A stretch of DNA of 64,000 nucleotides from an uncultured Alphaproteobacteria bacterium. GTDB lineage: Bacteria > Pseudomonadota > Alphaproteobacteria > Acetobacterales > Acetobacteraceae. Numbering within the stretch: the stretch's first letter is position 1; each line of letters starts with the position of its first letter. The stretch covers positions 4,921-68,920 of the forward strand of contig CAWCDM010000097.1 of NCBI GenBank assembly GCA_963794185.1, written 5' to 3'. The position numbers and the translations under genes were made by a program. Below the pieces are notes generated by a model. The model saw nothing but the letters and a program-made list of their open reading frames with translations. It was not told the DNA's origin and ran no database searches. Below are positions 1 through 8,413 of this stretch, in pieces.

Positions 1-620
1 ACGCCACCGTCGTCTATGGCGTGAACCACAAGGTGATCACTCGGGACATGACGGTGGTCTCCAACGCCTCGTGCACCACGAACTGCCTGGCGCCGATGGC
101 CAAGGTGCTGCACGAGAGCTTCGGCATCGAGCGCGGCTACATGGTCACCATCCACGCCTACACCGGCGATCAGAACACGGTGGACACGCTGCACAAGGAC
201 CTGCACCGCGCACGTGCCGCCGCAGTCTCGGCCATCCCGACGTCGACCGGCGCGGCGCGCGCGGTCGGCCTGGTGCTGCCGGAGCTGAAGGGCAAGCTCG
301 ACGGCACCGCGATCCGCATCCCGACGCCGAACGTGTCGCTGGTCTCGCTGGACGTGAACCTGCGGAAGGCGGCGACCAAGGATCAGATCAACGCGGTGAT
401 GCAGGATGCGTCGAAGGGCGAGCTGAAGGGCATCCTCGACTACAACACCGCCCCGCTGGTGAGCATCGACTTCAACCACTGCCCGGCGTCCTGCACCTTC
501 GATGCGACGCAGACGGCGGTGGTAGATGGCGCGCTCGCCCGGGTGCTGGGCTGGTACGACAACGAGTGGGGCTTCTCCTGCCGGATGTCCGACACGGCGG
601 CTTTGCTCGGCAGCCTGTAA
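1..620 (+). CDS. gap: glyceraldehyde-3-phosphate dehydrogenase, C-terminal part (5' end lies outside the window)
   Basis: Translation has the catalytic [12 protein letters not shown] motif and the WYDNEWGF signature. The frame is open to the window edge, and pgk follows. Confidence 0.95.
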   Translation, partial: ATVVYGVNHKVITRDMTVVSNASCTTNCLAPMAKVLHESFGIERGYMVTIHAYTGDQNTVDTLHKDLHRARAAAVSAIPTSTGAARAVGLVLPELKGKLDGTAIRIPTPNVSLVSLDVNLRKAATKDQINAVMQDASKGELKGILDYNTAPLVSIDFNHCPASCTFDATQTAVVDGALARVLGWYDNEWGFSCRMSDTAALLGSL

Positions 621-630
621 GGCAACCCAG

Positions 631-752
631 TACACCTCTCCCGCTGCGCGGGAGAGGTCGGCGCGCACCGCCGGGAGAGGGTTGCCGCGGGCGAGGCCCT
701 CTCCCGCAGCGCTCCGCGCCGCGACCTCTCCCGCGTAGCGGGCGAGATGTAC
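631..752. repeat. REP/MITE-like composite palindromic element, copy 1
   Basis: Left arm TACACCTCTCCCGCTGCGCGGGAGAGGTCG and inverted right arm CGACCTCTCCCGCGTAGCGGGCGAGATGTA, each arm itself a hairpin. Sits between the gap stop and the pgk start. Three similar copies occur elsewhere in the window. Confidence 0.8.
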
Positions 753-771
753 CATTTGACAAGGTTCCACC

Positions 772-1959
772 ATGTCCTTCCGCACCCTCGATGGCCTGGA
801 CGTCACCGACAAGCGTGTCCTGCTGCGGGCCGACCTGAACGTCCCGGTGCGCGACGGCAAAATCGCCGACCTGACCCGGCTCGAGCGGCTCACGCCAACG
901 ATCCGGGAACTGGTCGGCAAGGGCGCCAAGGTGATCGTTTGCAGCCATTTCGACCGGCCGAAGGGCAAGCGCGTGCCTGAGATGTCGCTCGCTCCGATCG
1001 CCACCGCGCTGGGCGAGGTGCTGGGCCTGCGCGTCCGCTTCGCCGAGGACTGCATCGGGATCCCGGCGCAGCAGGCGGTCGATCGCATGGCACGCGGCGA
1101 CGTGCTGGTGCTGGAGAACACGCGCTACCACGCGGAGGAGGAAAAGAACGCGCCGGCCTTCGCCGCCGAGCTGGCCAAGCTTGCCGACATCTACGTGAAC
1201 GATGCGTTCTCGGCGGCCCATCGCGCGCATGCCAGCACCGAGGGCGTGGCGCATCTGCTGCCCGCCTATGCCGGCCGGCTGATGCAGGCGGAACTGGAGG
1301 CGCTCGACGCCGCGCTGGGAAATCCTGTGCGTCCCGTTGCGGCCATCGTCGGCGGCGCCAAGGTCTCCACCAAACTCGATCTGCTGGGCAATCTGGTCGC
1401 GAAGGTGAACGCACTGGTGATCGGCGGCGCGATGGCCAACACATTCCTGTCGGCGCAAGGCGTCGGGGTCGGCCGATCGCTGCAGGAGGCCGAGATGCAC
1501 GCCACCGCGCTGGAGATCCTGGCGCGCGCCAAGGCGGCCGGCTGCGAGGTGCTGCTGCCGACCGACGCAGTGGTGGCAACCGAGCTGAAGCCTGGGGTGA
1601 CGGCACGGACCGTGCCGATCGGCGCAGTGCCGGACGATGCGATGATCCTGGATGTCGGCCCCGCGACCGTGGGCACGCTGATCGAGCATCTTGCCGGCTG
1701 GAGAACGCTGGTCTGGAACGGCCCGCTCGGCGCATTCGAGACCGCGCCCTTCGACGCCGCCACCACGGCGTTCGCCAAGGCGGTGGCGCGCGCCACGGAG
1801 AGCGGCTCATTGCGCAGCGTCGCCGGCGGCGGCGACACCGTCTCGGCGCTGCGGCACGCCGGGGTGATCGACAAGATGAGCTACGTCTCGACCGCCGGCG
1901 GCGCCTTCCTCGAATGGATGGAGGGCAAGACCCTGCCTGGGGTCGCCGCTCTCGGGTGA
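772..1959 (+). CDS. pgk: phosphoglycerate kinase
   Basis: 395-aa ORF with typical PGK sequence (RADLNVP, FDRPKG, STGGGA-type C-terminus). ATG at 772. Confidence 0.97.
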   Translation: MSFRTLDGLDVTDKRVLLRADLNVPVRDGKIADLTRLERLTPTIRELVGKGAKVIVCSHFDRPKGKRVPEMSLAPIATALGEVLGLRVRFAEDCIGIPAQQAVDRMARGDVLVLENTRYHAEEEKNAPAFAAELAKLADIYVNDAFSAAHRAHASTEGVAHLLPAYAGRLMQAELEALDAALGNPVRPVAAIVGGAKVSTKLDLLGNLVAKVNALVIGGAMANTFLSAQGVGVGRSLQEAEMHATALEILARAKAAGCEVLLPTDAVVATELKPGVTARTVPIGAVPDDAMILDVGPATVGTLIEHLAGWRTLVWNGPLGAFETAPFDAATTAFAKAVARATESGSLRSVAGGGDTVSALRHAGVIDKMSYVSTAGGAFLEWMEGKTLPGVAALG

Positions 1960-1970
1960 GGAAGGGGCAC

Positions 1971-2407
1971 GTGCCCGACCAGCCGGTTGAACCGGCCGCT
2001 CCCGGCCCATATCCTCCAGAACTGGGAGAGCGCGTTTCCCGCCTGGAGAATGACATGCGGGATGTGAAGGGGATCCTGGGACGGCTTGAGCCGCTCATCG
2101 TTCGGATGGACGCGATCCTGCCGCACCTTGCGACCAAGGCGGACCTTGCCGCGGTAAGGGGCGACCTCTCAAGCGAGATCGAGCGCACCAAAGGTGACCT
2201 CTCGGCCGAGATCGCACGGACGCGAGGAGACTCTCGGCCGAGATCGCACGGACGCGAGGTGACCTCTCGGCCGAGATCGCCACGATCAACGGAAACCTCG
2301 CTACCGCGATCGCGGAGAAGCCCGGCAAGGCGTACCTTTGCGGTGTGCTGACGGCCCTCGTTGCCGCCTATGCTGCTGGGCTCGCCGCCCTGGCTGTGCT
2401 GCGTTAG
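1971..2407 (+). pseudogene. coiled-coil, C-terminally membrane-anchored protein with 11-residue tandem repeats; reading frame broken by a 1-nt deletion inside repeat 3
   Basis: GTG 1971 with an AGGAAGGGG Shine-Dalgarno just after the pgk stop. N-terminal LENDMRDVKGILGRLEPL coiled coil. After about 2229 the sense continues in the -1 frame (GDLSAEIATINGNLATAIAEKPGKAYLCGVLTALVAAYAAGLAALAVLR) to TAG 2405-2407. Confidence 0.6.
2160..2323 (+). repeat. five tandem 33-nt (11-codon) coding repeats; copy 3 has 32 nt
   Basis: Copies: GGCGACCTCTCAAGCGAGATCGAGCGCACCAAA / GGTGACCTCTCGGCCGAGATCGCACGGACGCGA / GGAGACTCTCGGCCGAGATCGCACGGACGCGA / GGTGACCTCTCGGCCGAGATCGCCACGATCAAC / GGAAACCTCGCTACCGCGATCGCGGAGAAGCCC. 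Confidence 0.85.
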
Positions 2408-2412
2408 CCGCG

Positions 2413-3003
2413 TTGCGGACCTATCTGGCAGGGCCTGATATATTCCTTCCCGACGCCGACCAGTGGACCGAGCGCAAGAAGAGCATCTGCGCGCGGCACG
2501 GCCTCGTGGGTGTGTCGCCGCTCGACCATCCGGGACCCGAACCGCCCGGCTGGGCCGTACTGCCCGACTGGCGGCGCATTGCATCGCGCAACGAGGCGCT
2601 CATCCGCTCCTGCGCGCTTATGATCGCCAACCTCACGCCATTCCGCGGCCCTAGCGCCGATGTCGGCACAGTCTACGAAGTCGGCTTCATGCGGGCGCTC
2701 GGCCGGCCGGTCTACGGCTACGCAACGACCGCCACCCCTTTCACGTGGCGTACGCTGGACTTTGCCGGCGCACATGGTGGCGCGACCACCGGCGCCGACG
2801 GGTCCCGGCGGGATGCCGATGGCATGCTGATCGAGCAATTCGGCCTGTTCGACAACCTGATGATCGAGGCGGGCATCCTCGGCTCCGGCGGCGTTCTGGT
2901 GGTGGAGGAAACCCCCGCCGCGCAGCGTTGGACCGACCTTTCCGTCTTCGAACGCTGCGTGAGCGCCGCCGCGGCTGCGTGCGCTCAGTCTGCGGGACGC
3001 TGA
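2413..3003 (+). CDS. nucleoside 2-deoxyribosyltransferase family protein
   Basis: An in-frame TTG at 2413 gives an N-terminus of RTYLAGPDIF typical of the family. The track ORF 2338..3003 starts too early and would overlap the preceding gene. Confidence 0.75.
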   Translation: MRTYLAGPDIFLPDADQWTERKKSICARHGLVGVSPLDHPGPEPPGWAVLPDWRRIASRNEALIRSCALMIANLTPFRGPSADVGTVYEVGFMRALGRPVYGYATTATPFTWRTLDFAGAHGGATTGADGSRRDADGMLIEQFGLFDNLMIEAGILGSGGVLVVEETPAAQRWTDLSVFERCVSAAAAACAQSAGR

Positions 3004-4148
3004 TCCGCCTCCGCACGCCGCGAAGCAGCGGGCCCAAGTGCCGCCGCGATGCCGAACTCGCCGGGCAGCGAGCCTTTCGCAAACAGCCGCGTAACGTGTC
3101 CCATCTTGCGCCCGGGCCGTGCCTCGGCCTTGCCGTAGAGATGCGGGATCAACCCGGGAGTGCCAAGAATCTCCGGCCACAGCGCTGCCTCATCTGGACC
3201 GACCAGGTTCTTCATCACCGCATCCGAGTGCCGTGCGGCGGGCGGCAGGGGCAGGCCGGCGATGGCACGGATATGCAGTTCGAACTGGCTCGCCGGGCAG
3301 GCGTCGATGGTCCAGTGGCCCGAATTGTGCGGACGCGGGGCGATCTCATTGGCCAGCACCTTGCCCTGGCCGTCGACGAACATCTCCACCGCGAGCAACC
3401 CGGTAAGGTCCAGCGCATCGGCGACGCGCCGGGCGACCCCCTGGGCCTGCCGATTCACCGTTTCGGGTATCCGCGCCGGGGCAAGAGTGATGTCCAGGAT
3501 GTGGCCGCGGTGGCGGTTCTCCACCGTGTCGAAGGCCGCGTACGCGCCATCCTCGGCGCGGGCGGCGACCACGCTGATTTCCTGGGATAGGTCGATGAAA
3601 CCTTCGAGAATCAAAGGCTTGGGCGACAAAGCGGCATACGCGTCCGCGATATCGTCGGTGCGCCACAGCAGCGCCTGGCCCTTGCCGTCATAGCCGAGCC
3701 GGGTCGTCTTCAGCACCGCGGGCAGGCCGATGCGCTCGACCGCCATCCGCAATCCGTCGAGGTCCTCGACCGGTGCCCATGGCGCCGTCGGGATGCCGGC
3801 GTCGTTCAAGAACGTCTTTTCCAGCACACGGTCCTGGCTGGTCCGCAGGATCGCCGGCGAAGGCCGCACCGGCTTCAGAGATGCAAGAAGATCAAGTCCC
3901 TCCGCGCTGACGTTCTCGAACTCGAAGCTGATCACGTCGACCGCGGCGGCGAATTCACGAAGGCCATTCGGTTCGTGGTAATCGCTGATGGTCGTCGCCG
4001 CCGACACCTGGCTGGCCGGGCTGTCCGTCTCGCGGGTCAGGATATGGCAGCGGTAGCCGAGCCGGGCGGCGGCAAGCGCGGACATCCGGCCAAGCTGGCC
4101 GCCGCCGACAAGACCGATGGTCGAATTCGGCGGCAGCGGGAAGGTCAT
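2985..4148 (-). CDS. purK: N5-carboxyaminoimidazole ribonucleotide synthase
   Basis: 387-aa ATP-grasp protein with N-terminal [12 protein letters not shown]. The purE stop overlaps its start as ATGA. Confidence 0.95.
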   Translation of the reverse strand: MTFPLPPNSTIGLVGGGQLGRMSALAAARLGYRCHILTRETDSPASQVSAATTISDYHEPNGLREFAAAVDVISFEFENVSAEGLDLLASLKPVRPSPAILRTSQDRVLEKTFLNDAGIPTAPWAPVEDLDGLRMAVERIGLPAVLKTTRLGYDGKGQALLWRTDDIADAYAALSPKPLILEGFIDLSQEISVVAARAEDGAYAAFDTVENRHRGHILDITLAPARIPETVNRQAQGVARRVADALDLTGLLAVEMFVDGQGKVLANEIAPRPHNSGHWTIDACPASQFELHIRAIAGLPLPPAARHSDAVMKNLVGPDEAALWPEILGTPGLIPHLYGKAEARPGRKMGHVTRLFAKGSLPGEFGIAAALGPAASRRAEADQRPAD

Positions 4149-4645
4149 GTCCGACCTTGCGGCTCGTTCGCGACGGCTCGGGTCTGTTCCTCCCGCAACG
4201 TATCCAGCCGCGCGGCCAGTTCCGGATCGCCGATGGCAATGATCGCGGCGGCCAGCAATGCGGCATTCACCGCCCCGGCCCGACCGATCGCGAGCGTTCC
4301 CACCGGGATCCCCGCCGGCATCTGCACGATCGAAAGAAGACTGTCCAACCCTTTGAGACTATGGGATTCCACTGGAACCCCCAGCACCGGCAGAGGGGTC
4401 CATGCCGCGCACATTCCCGGCAGGTGCGCCGCTCCGCCGGCACCAGCGATGACGACCTTCAATCCCCTTTGGCGGGCTTCGCCGGCGTACTCGCGCAAGC
4501 GATCCGGCGTCCGGTGGGCGGAAACGATCCGTGCCTCATGCGGCACCGCCAACCGGTCGAGCGTTTCGGCGGCGTGGCGCAGCGTAGCCCAGTCCGACTG
4601 GCTGCCCATGATGATGCCGACGACCGCTTTCACCGGTGGCCTCAT
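4145..4645 (-). CDS. purE: N5-carboxyaminoimidazole ribonucleotide mutase
   Basis: 166 aa with [11 protein letters not shown] and [10 protein letters not shown] motifs. Confidence 0.95.
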   Translation of the reverse strand: MRPPVKAVVGIIMGSQSDWATLRHAAETLDRLAVPHEARIVSAHRTPDRLREYAGEARQRGLKVVIAGAGGAAHLPGMCAAWTPLPVLGVPVESHSLKGLDSLLSIVQMPAGIPVGTLAIGRAGAVNAALLAAAIIAIGDPELAARLDTLREEQTRAVANEPQGRT

Positions 4646-4646
4646 G

Positions 4647-4850
4647 TCAGGCGATGCTGTCCGGGATCAGCCGGCTCTCCAGCCACGCGATCTCGTCCTT
4701 CAGCATCAGCTTGCGCTTCTTGAGCCGCTGAAGGTGCAACTGGTCCGCCGCGCCCTGCTCCGCCAGACGCGCGATCACCGTATCGAGGTCCCGGTGTTCG
4801 CTGCGGAGTTCGTGCAGCTTGCGCAGCAGCGAGTCCCGGTCGGTCAGCAT
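4647..4850 (-). CDS. DUF465 (YdcH-like) small protein
   Basis: Internal ATG at 4850 gives [23 protein letters not shown]...[12 protein letters not shown], the typical DUF465 pattern. Ends 1 nt before the purE start. Confidence 0.8.
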   Translation of the reverse strand: MLTDRDSLLRKLHELRSEHRDLDTVIARLAEQGAADQLHLQRLKKRKLMLKDEIAWLESRLIPDSIA

Positions 4851-4990
4851 GGACGACCAATAGCACAGCGAGGTGGCTGCAACCCAGACCCTGGCCGGCG
4901 GATTCGCCATGGCACTCGGTGTGTCAATTGGGTTACCATGACGATCTCTGGGGCGACCCCTGGGTGACCCTGTCTAACGTTGAGCGGAGT

Positions 4991-5170
4991 ATGTCCATGA
5001 CCCTGCAGGCCCATCTCGATGCCCTGAAGGAACGCCATGCCGCGCTCGAATTGCGCATAGCCGACGAAGACCAGCGACCTCGGCCGGACGCCGAAACCCT
5101 TACGCGCCTGAAGATCGAGAAGCTGCACGTGAAGGAGGAGATGGAGCGCCTGCGCAACCAGACAGAGTGA
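4991..5170 (+). CDS. DUF465 (YdcH-like) small protein, second paralog, divergent from the first
   Basis: ATG 4991 with GCGGAG upstream. Sequence MSMTLQAHLDALKERHAALELRI...LKIEKLHVKEEMERL. Confidence 0.8.
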   Translation: MSMTLQAHLDALKERHAALELRIADEDQRPRPDAETLTRLKIEKLHVKEEMERLRNQTE

Positions 5171-5190
5171 ACTGAAGGACCTTCCGGACT

Positions 5191-5769
5191 TTACACGACC
5201 TCGTCGGCCTCGGGCACGGGTGGCAACGGCACGACACGCCCCTCGCGCTCCAGGCGCTCGTTCGCTTGAGCGACGGCGGCGTTCAGATCGGTCTGGCTGC
5301 ACAGCCCCAGGATCACCGGGTCGCGCGGCTTGATATTGGCGCTGTTCCAATGCGTGCGCTCGCGCACCTTCTGGATCGTTTCCTTGGTCGTGCTGAGCAG
5401 CTTGGACACCTGCGTCTCGCTTAGCTGCGGGAAGTTCCGCAGCAGGAAGGCGATGGCGTCCGGACGGTCGTTCCGCTTTGCCACCGGCGTGTAGCGCGAA
5501 CCCCGCAGGCGCTTCGGCACCGGCAGCGCGGTCGGCGCGAGCCGAAGCCTGATCGACGGATCGGCCTCCGCGCGGCGGATCTCATCGGCGGTGACCTGGC
5601 TGTTCGCAACCGGATCGTAGCCGACGATGCCCTGCGCCACCTCGCCGTCCGCGATCGCCTGGACCTCCAGCGGGTGCATGCCGCAGAAATCGGCGATCTG
5701 GGTGAAGGTGAGCGCGGTCTTGTCGATCAGCCACACGGCGGTGGCCTTGGGCATCAGCGGCAGTGTCAT
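5191..5769 (-). CDS. DUF1013 family protein (TrcR-like putative cell-cycle regulator)
   Basis: Start MTLPLMPKATAVWLID at 5769. Highly conserved alphaproteobacterial DUF1013 sequence (TFTQIADFCGMHPLEVQAIADGE). Confidence 0.85.
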   Translation of the reverse strand: MTLPLMPKATAVWLIDKTALTFTQIADFCGMHPLEVQAIADGEVAQGIVGYDPVANSQVTADEIRRAEADPSIRLRLAPTALPVPKRLRGSRYTPVAKRNDRPDAIAFLLRNFPQLSETQVSKLLSTTKETIQKVRERTHWNSANIKPRDPVILGLCSQTDLNAAVAQANERLEREGRVVPLPPVPEADEVV

Positions 5770-5915
5770 GGCATGGTCATCCTTGGGCCGCTGCTCGCGC
5801 GACGCGGTTGAGCGCGCCGCGGCGCGGCCGGACGCGGGATATGCCAATCGTCCCGGGGTGGGTCAAGGGTGCTGCTGGGATTATGATGCAATTGCATCTG
5901 GATGGGAGACGAAAC

Positions 5916-6107
5916 ATGCTGGAAGACGATGAAGGGCCGGTGCGCAAGCGGACCCGGTTCGAGAAGCCGGTGCTGGACAGCTTCGGAATCGCGGAGTTGC
6001 GCGACTACATCGCCGAACTGCAGGAGGAGATCTCCCGGGTGGAGGCGGACATCGAACGCAAGCAGGGCCACCGCAGCGCGGCGGATGCATTCTTCCGGCG
6101 TTCCTAG
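5916..6107 (+). CDS. DUF1192 family protein
   Basis: ATG 5916. MLEDDEGPVRKRTRFEKPVLDSFGIAELRDYIAELQEEISRVEADI matches the DUF1192 pattern. Confidence 0.75.
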   Translation: MLEDDEGPVRKRTRFEKPVLDSFGIAELRDYIAELQEEISRVEADIERKQGHRSAADAFFRRS

Positions 6108-6215
6108 CCGTCGAACAGCGCAAGGTCGATCGCCCTGATTGGGCGCGCAGCCGCTTCAGCCAGTGCCTCAGATCGCCGGGCTGCTGGCCGGATGGAGCGT
6201 GCGCGAAAAGGGGGG

Positions 6216-6244
6216 CGCGAAAAAGGGGCCGGCGAACCGGCCCC
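6216..6244 (-). terminator. rho-independent terminator downstream of hsp20
   Basis: GGGGCCGG-CGAA-CCGGCCCC hairpin at 6225-6244, followed on the minus strand by TTTTT (plus-strand A run 6220-6224), 24 nt after the hsp20 stop. Confidence 0.75.
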
Positions 6245-6267
6245 CTCATCAGTTGCCATCCGTTGCG

Positions 6268-6738
6268 TCAGGCGGCCTTGACGGCATCCTGCGCGTCGTT
6301 GGCGATCGCCGTCGGCGCACCGGAGCCGATCGTGATCCGGCGCGGCTTCAGCGCCTCGGGGACCACCCGCTTCAGGCCGATATGCAGCAAGCCGTTCTGC
6401 AGGTCTGCACCATCGACCACGATGTGGTCGGCGAGCACGAACCGGCGCTCGAAGGCACGCCCGGCGATGCCGCGATACAGCAACTCACCTTTCTGGCCGT
6501 CATTGGCAACCTTGCCGGAAACCACCAGCGTGTTGTCCTTGACGACCATATCCAGTTCGTCAGGTCGGAACCCCGCCACGGCCATCGTCAGGCGGTAGGT
6601 GTCCTCGCCGGTCTTCTCGATGTTGTAGGGCGGATAGCTTGGCGCCTCGGCGGAGGAAGCGGCTGTGTCCATTAGGCGGGCCAGGCGATCGAAGCCAATG
6701 GCGGTACGGAACAGTGGAGCGAAGTCGTACGTTGTCAT
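6268..6738 (-). CDS. Hsp20/IbpA-family small heat-shock protein
   Basis: ATG at 6738 (MTTYDFAPLFRTAIGFDRL...). Alpha-crystallin domain PPYNIEKTGEDTYRLTMAVAGF. GGAGG Shine-Dalgarno upstream. Confidence 0.9.
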   Translation of the reverse strand: MTTYDFAPLFRTAIGFDRLARLMDTAASSAEAPSYPPYNIEKTGEDTYRLTMAVAGFRPDELDMVVKDNTLVVSGKVANDGQKGELLYRGIAGRAFERRFVLADHIVVDGADLQNGLLHIGLKRVVPEALKPRRITIGSGAPTAIANDAQDAVKAA

Positions 6739-6845
6739 GGTCAAAAAACCTCCTGCTTGAGCAAGGTCATATGTTCGGACCGCCCATCTGGGCCGGCCCC
6801 ACGAAGTCCTCCGAAACCCCAAAATGGGCGCTCCGGACACAACAA
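6739..6845 (-). promoter_or_regulatory. probable ROSE-like RNA thermometer in the hsp20 5' leader
   Basis: Leader ends ...GAACAUAUGACCUUGCUCAAGCAGGAGGUUUUUUGACCAUG. The UUGCU anti-SD can pair with the AGGAGG SD in a short hairpin. Upstream CCGGAGCGCC-type GC-rich stems. A CTTGAA-N16-CCAATCTT promoter-like sequence lies at about 6846-6875. Confidence 0.55.
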
Positions 6846-7061
6846 AGATTGGCAGGCGGCGCCCCAGGTTCAAGGGCGTTGTGCGGCAGGAAACCTGATG
6901 AAAGCCGCCAATCGCGGTAGAGCTCAAGCGGGCTGGGTTAGCGTTTTTGGAAGGCGGCTGCCCGGCGGGCGCGAGGTGAATGCTGGGCCCGCAGGCTATG
7001 AAGAGTAGGTGATGCTCCGCTCACCCGGCGATGACCGCGCCGACGCCGATGACGCCACGTT

Positions 7062-7724
7062 TCAAATCGTGATGCCGTTCCGTTCCGGCATGCGCCAATG
7101 GAAGCCTGCAGCCGCAACCACGGCCACGAACGGCAAGAACGCGATCAACGTCCCGTCCGAGACGAGCAGGCCACCGACGACGGCGCCGGCGCAGTAGATC
7201 AGAAACATCCAAAGCTGACGTTTCGTCGCGAAGGGCAGCCGGTGCGGTCGTCGCAGCAGAGCTGCCGTTACCGCGATCGCGATGGCGGTCAGCGTGCTGG
7301 TGAAAACGACGGTCGTGATCCCCGGCCGGTCGACCAGTCGTGCCGCGAAGCTTTGGATTCCCATCGCCGATGAGGCCAACACGATGAGGCCGTAGAGCCA
7401 GGCACCGGCCATCGGGTGGACGGCAGACTGCCAGGTCACGGCGAACACGGCGAGAAGACAGGCTTCGACTGCAAGGAGCCACCGAACCGCATACGGCGCC
7501 AAACGGCCATCGAACCAGCGGTCGACGCCTGCCGCTGCCGCGCATGCGCCGGCCAGAAATCCGGCAAATGCAATGAAGGGCCGCGAGGCAGCGGTCCACT
7601 GTCCCTGCCCCAGCGCAAGGCCGAGCAGTGCGGTGTTGCCTGTCATAGCCGATGGAAACACCTGCCGGAGATTTAAGAAGCCGAGCGCATCCATGCTGCC
7701 GGATGCGAAGCCAAGCAGCGCCAA
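7062..7724 (-). CDS. YoaK/DUF1275 family membrane protein
   Basis: 220-aa multi-TM ORF with GSMDALGFLNL...MTGNTALLG motifs. TTG start; no ATG, GTG or TTG start exists further upstream in frame. Confidence 0.8.
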   Translation of the reverse strand: MALLGFASGSMDALGFLNLRQVFPSAMTGNTALLGLALGQGQWTAASRPFIAFAGFLAGACAAAAGVDRWFDGRLAPYAVRWLLAVEACLLAVFAVTWQSAVHPMAGAWLYGLIVLASSAMGIQSFAARLVDRPGITTVVFTSTLTAIAIAVTAALLRRPHRLPFATKRQLWMFLIYCAGAVVGGLLVSDGTLIAFLPFVAVVAAAGFHWRMPERNGITI

Positions 7725-7821
7725 GCCGAGATCCCCGGTGTCAAGATGTTCCTCAGCGGGTTCGGCATTCTTCAGTCCCGCCGAGCCTTGGCGACACCCC
7801 TGAGCTCCAGTTCTCCGCCGC

Positions 7822-8046
7822 CTACTTCTTCAGCCCGAGCCCGGCGAACTTCTTGTTGAACTTCGCGACCTGGCCGCCGCTGTCGATGATCCGGTGCTGC
7901 CCGGTCCAGGCCGGGTGCGACTTCGGATCGATGTCCAGCCGGAGCGAGTCGCCCTGCTTGCCGTAGCAGGACCTCGTCTTGAACTGCGTGCCGTCGGTCA
8001 TGACGACCGTAATCTCGTGATATGTGGGGTGGATGCCCGGTTTCAT
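7822..8046 (-). CDS. rpmE: 50S ribosomal protein L31
   Basis: 74 aa, [22 protein letters not shown]...KFNKKFAG. Confidence 0.95.
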   Translation of the reverse strand: MKPGIHPTYHEITVVMTDGTQFKTRSCYGKQGDSLRLDIDPKSHPAWTGQHRIIDSGGQVAKFNKKFAGLGLKK

Positions 8047-8413
8047 GGCGTTGCTCCTGCTGGCGCCGGCATATAGCGCCGGCGCCGGGCGATGGCCAGA
8101 GGGGTCAGAGGCTGGTATTGCCCTATGCTGCCAGGCTTCAAGAGCGCGGTCTGTGGGATCCGAGGTCGGAACTCTGGCGCCAACGACTGCGCCTCCGGGC
8201 CCGTCCGCCCCAATGACTCGCCGGCGTGATCACGACCCAGACGACCTGTGCCGGTTGACAACAGGACGCGGCGGATATCGGCTCAACCCGCAAGAGGAGG
8301 CGCGACCAAGCCAGAAGTAGCTGACCGCCCCTGGATCACAGGATCGATCCTCCGGAAACCAGATCCCCATCATCGCCGCGGCGTGCCAGGCGGCACGACA
8401 CTGAGAGTGTATC

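Noticed and set aside
2160-2323. Regularly spaced 33-nt repeats as a possible CRISPR array.
   Set aside because: The repeats are directly adjacent with no spacers, lie in frame inside a coding sequence, and no cas genes are present. The REP elements are likewise not spaced arrays.
472-2584. Long antisense ORFs over gap/pgk (472..1689 and 890..2584, minus strand). Comparable cases elsewhere: 10339..12168, 12187..13908, 14662..15729, 46422..47567, 58864..59988 and 60033..62126.
   Set aside because: They are Arg/Ala/Pro/Gly-rich shadow ORFs lying opposite well-supported genes, which is typical of high-GC DNA. They contain no recognisable domains.
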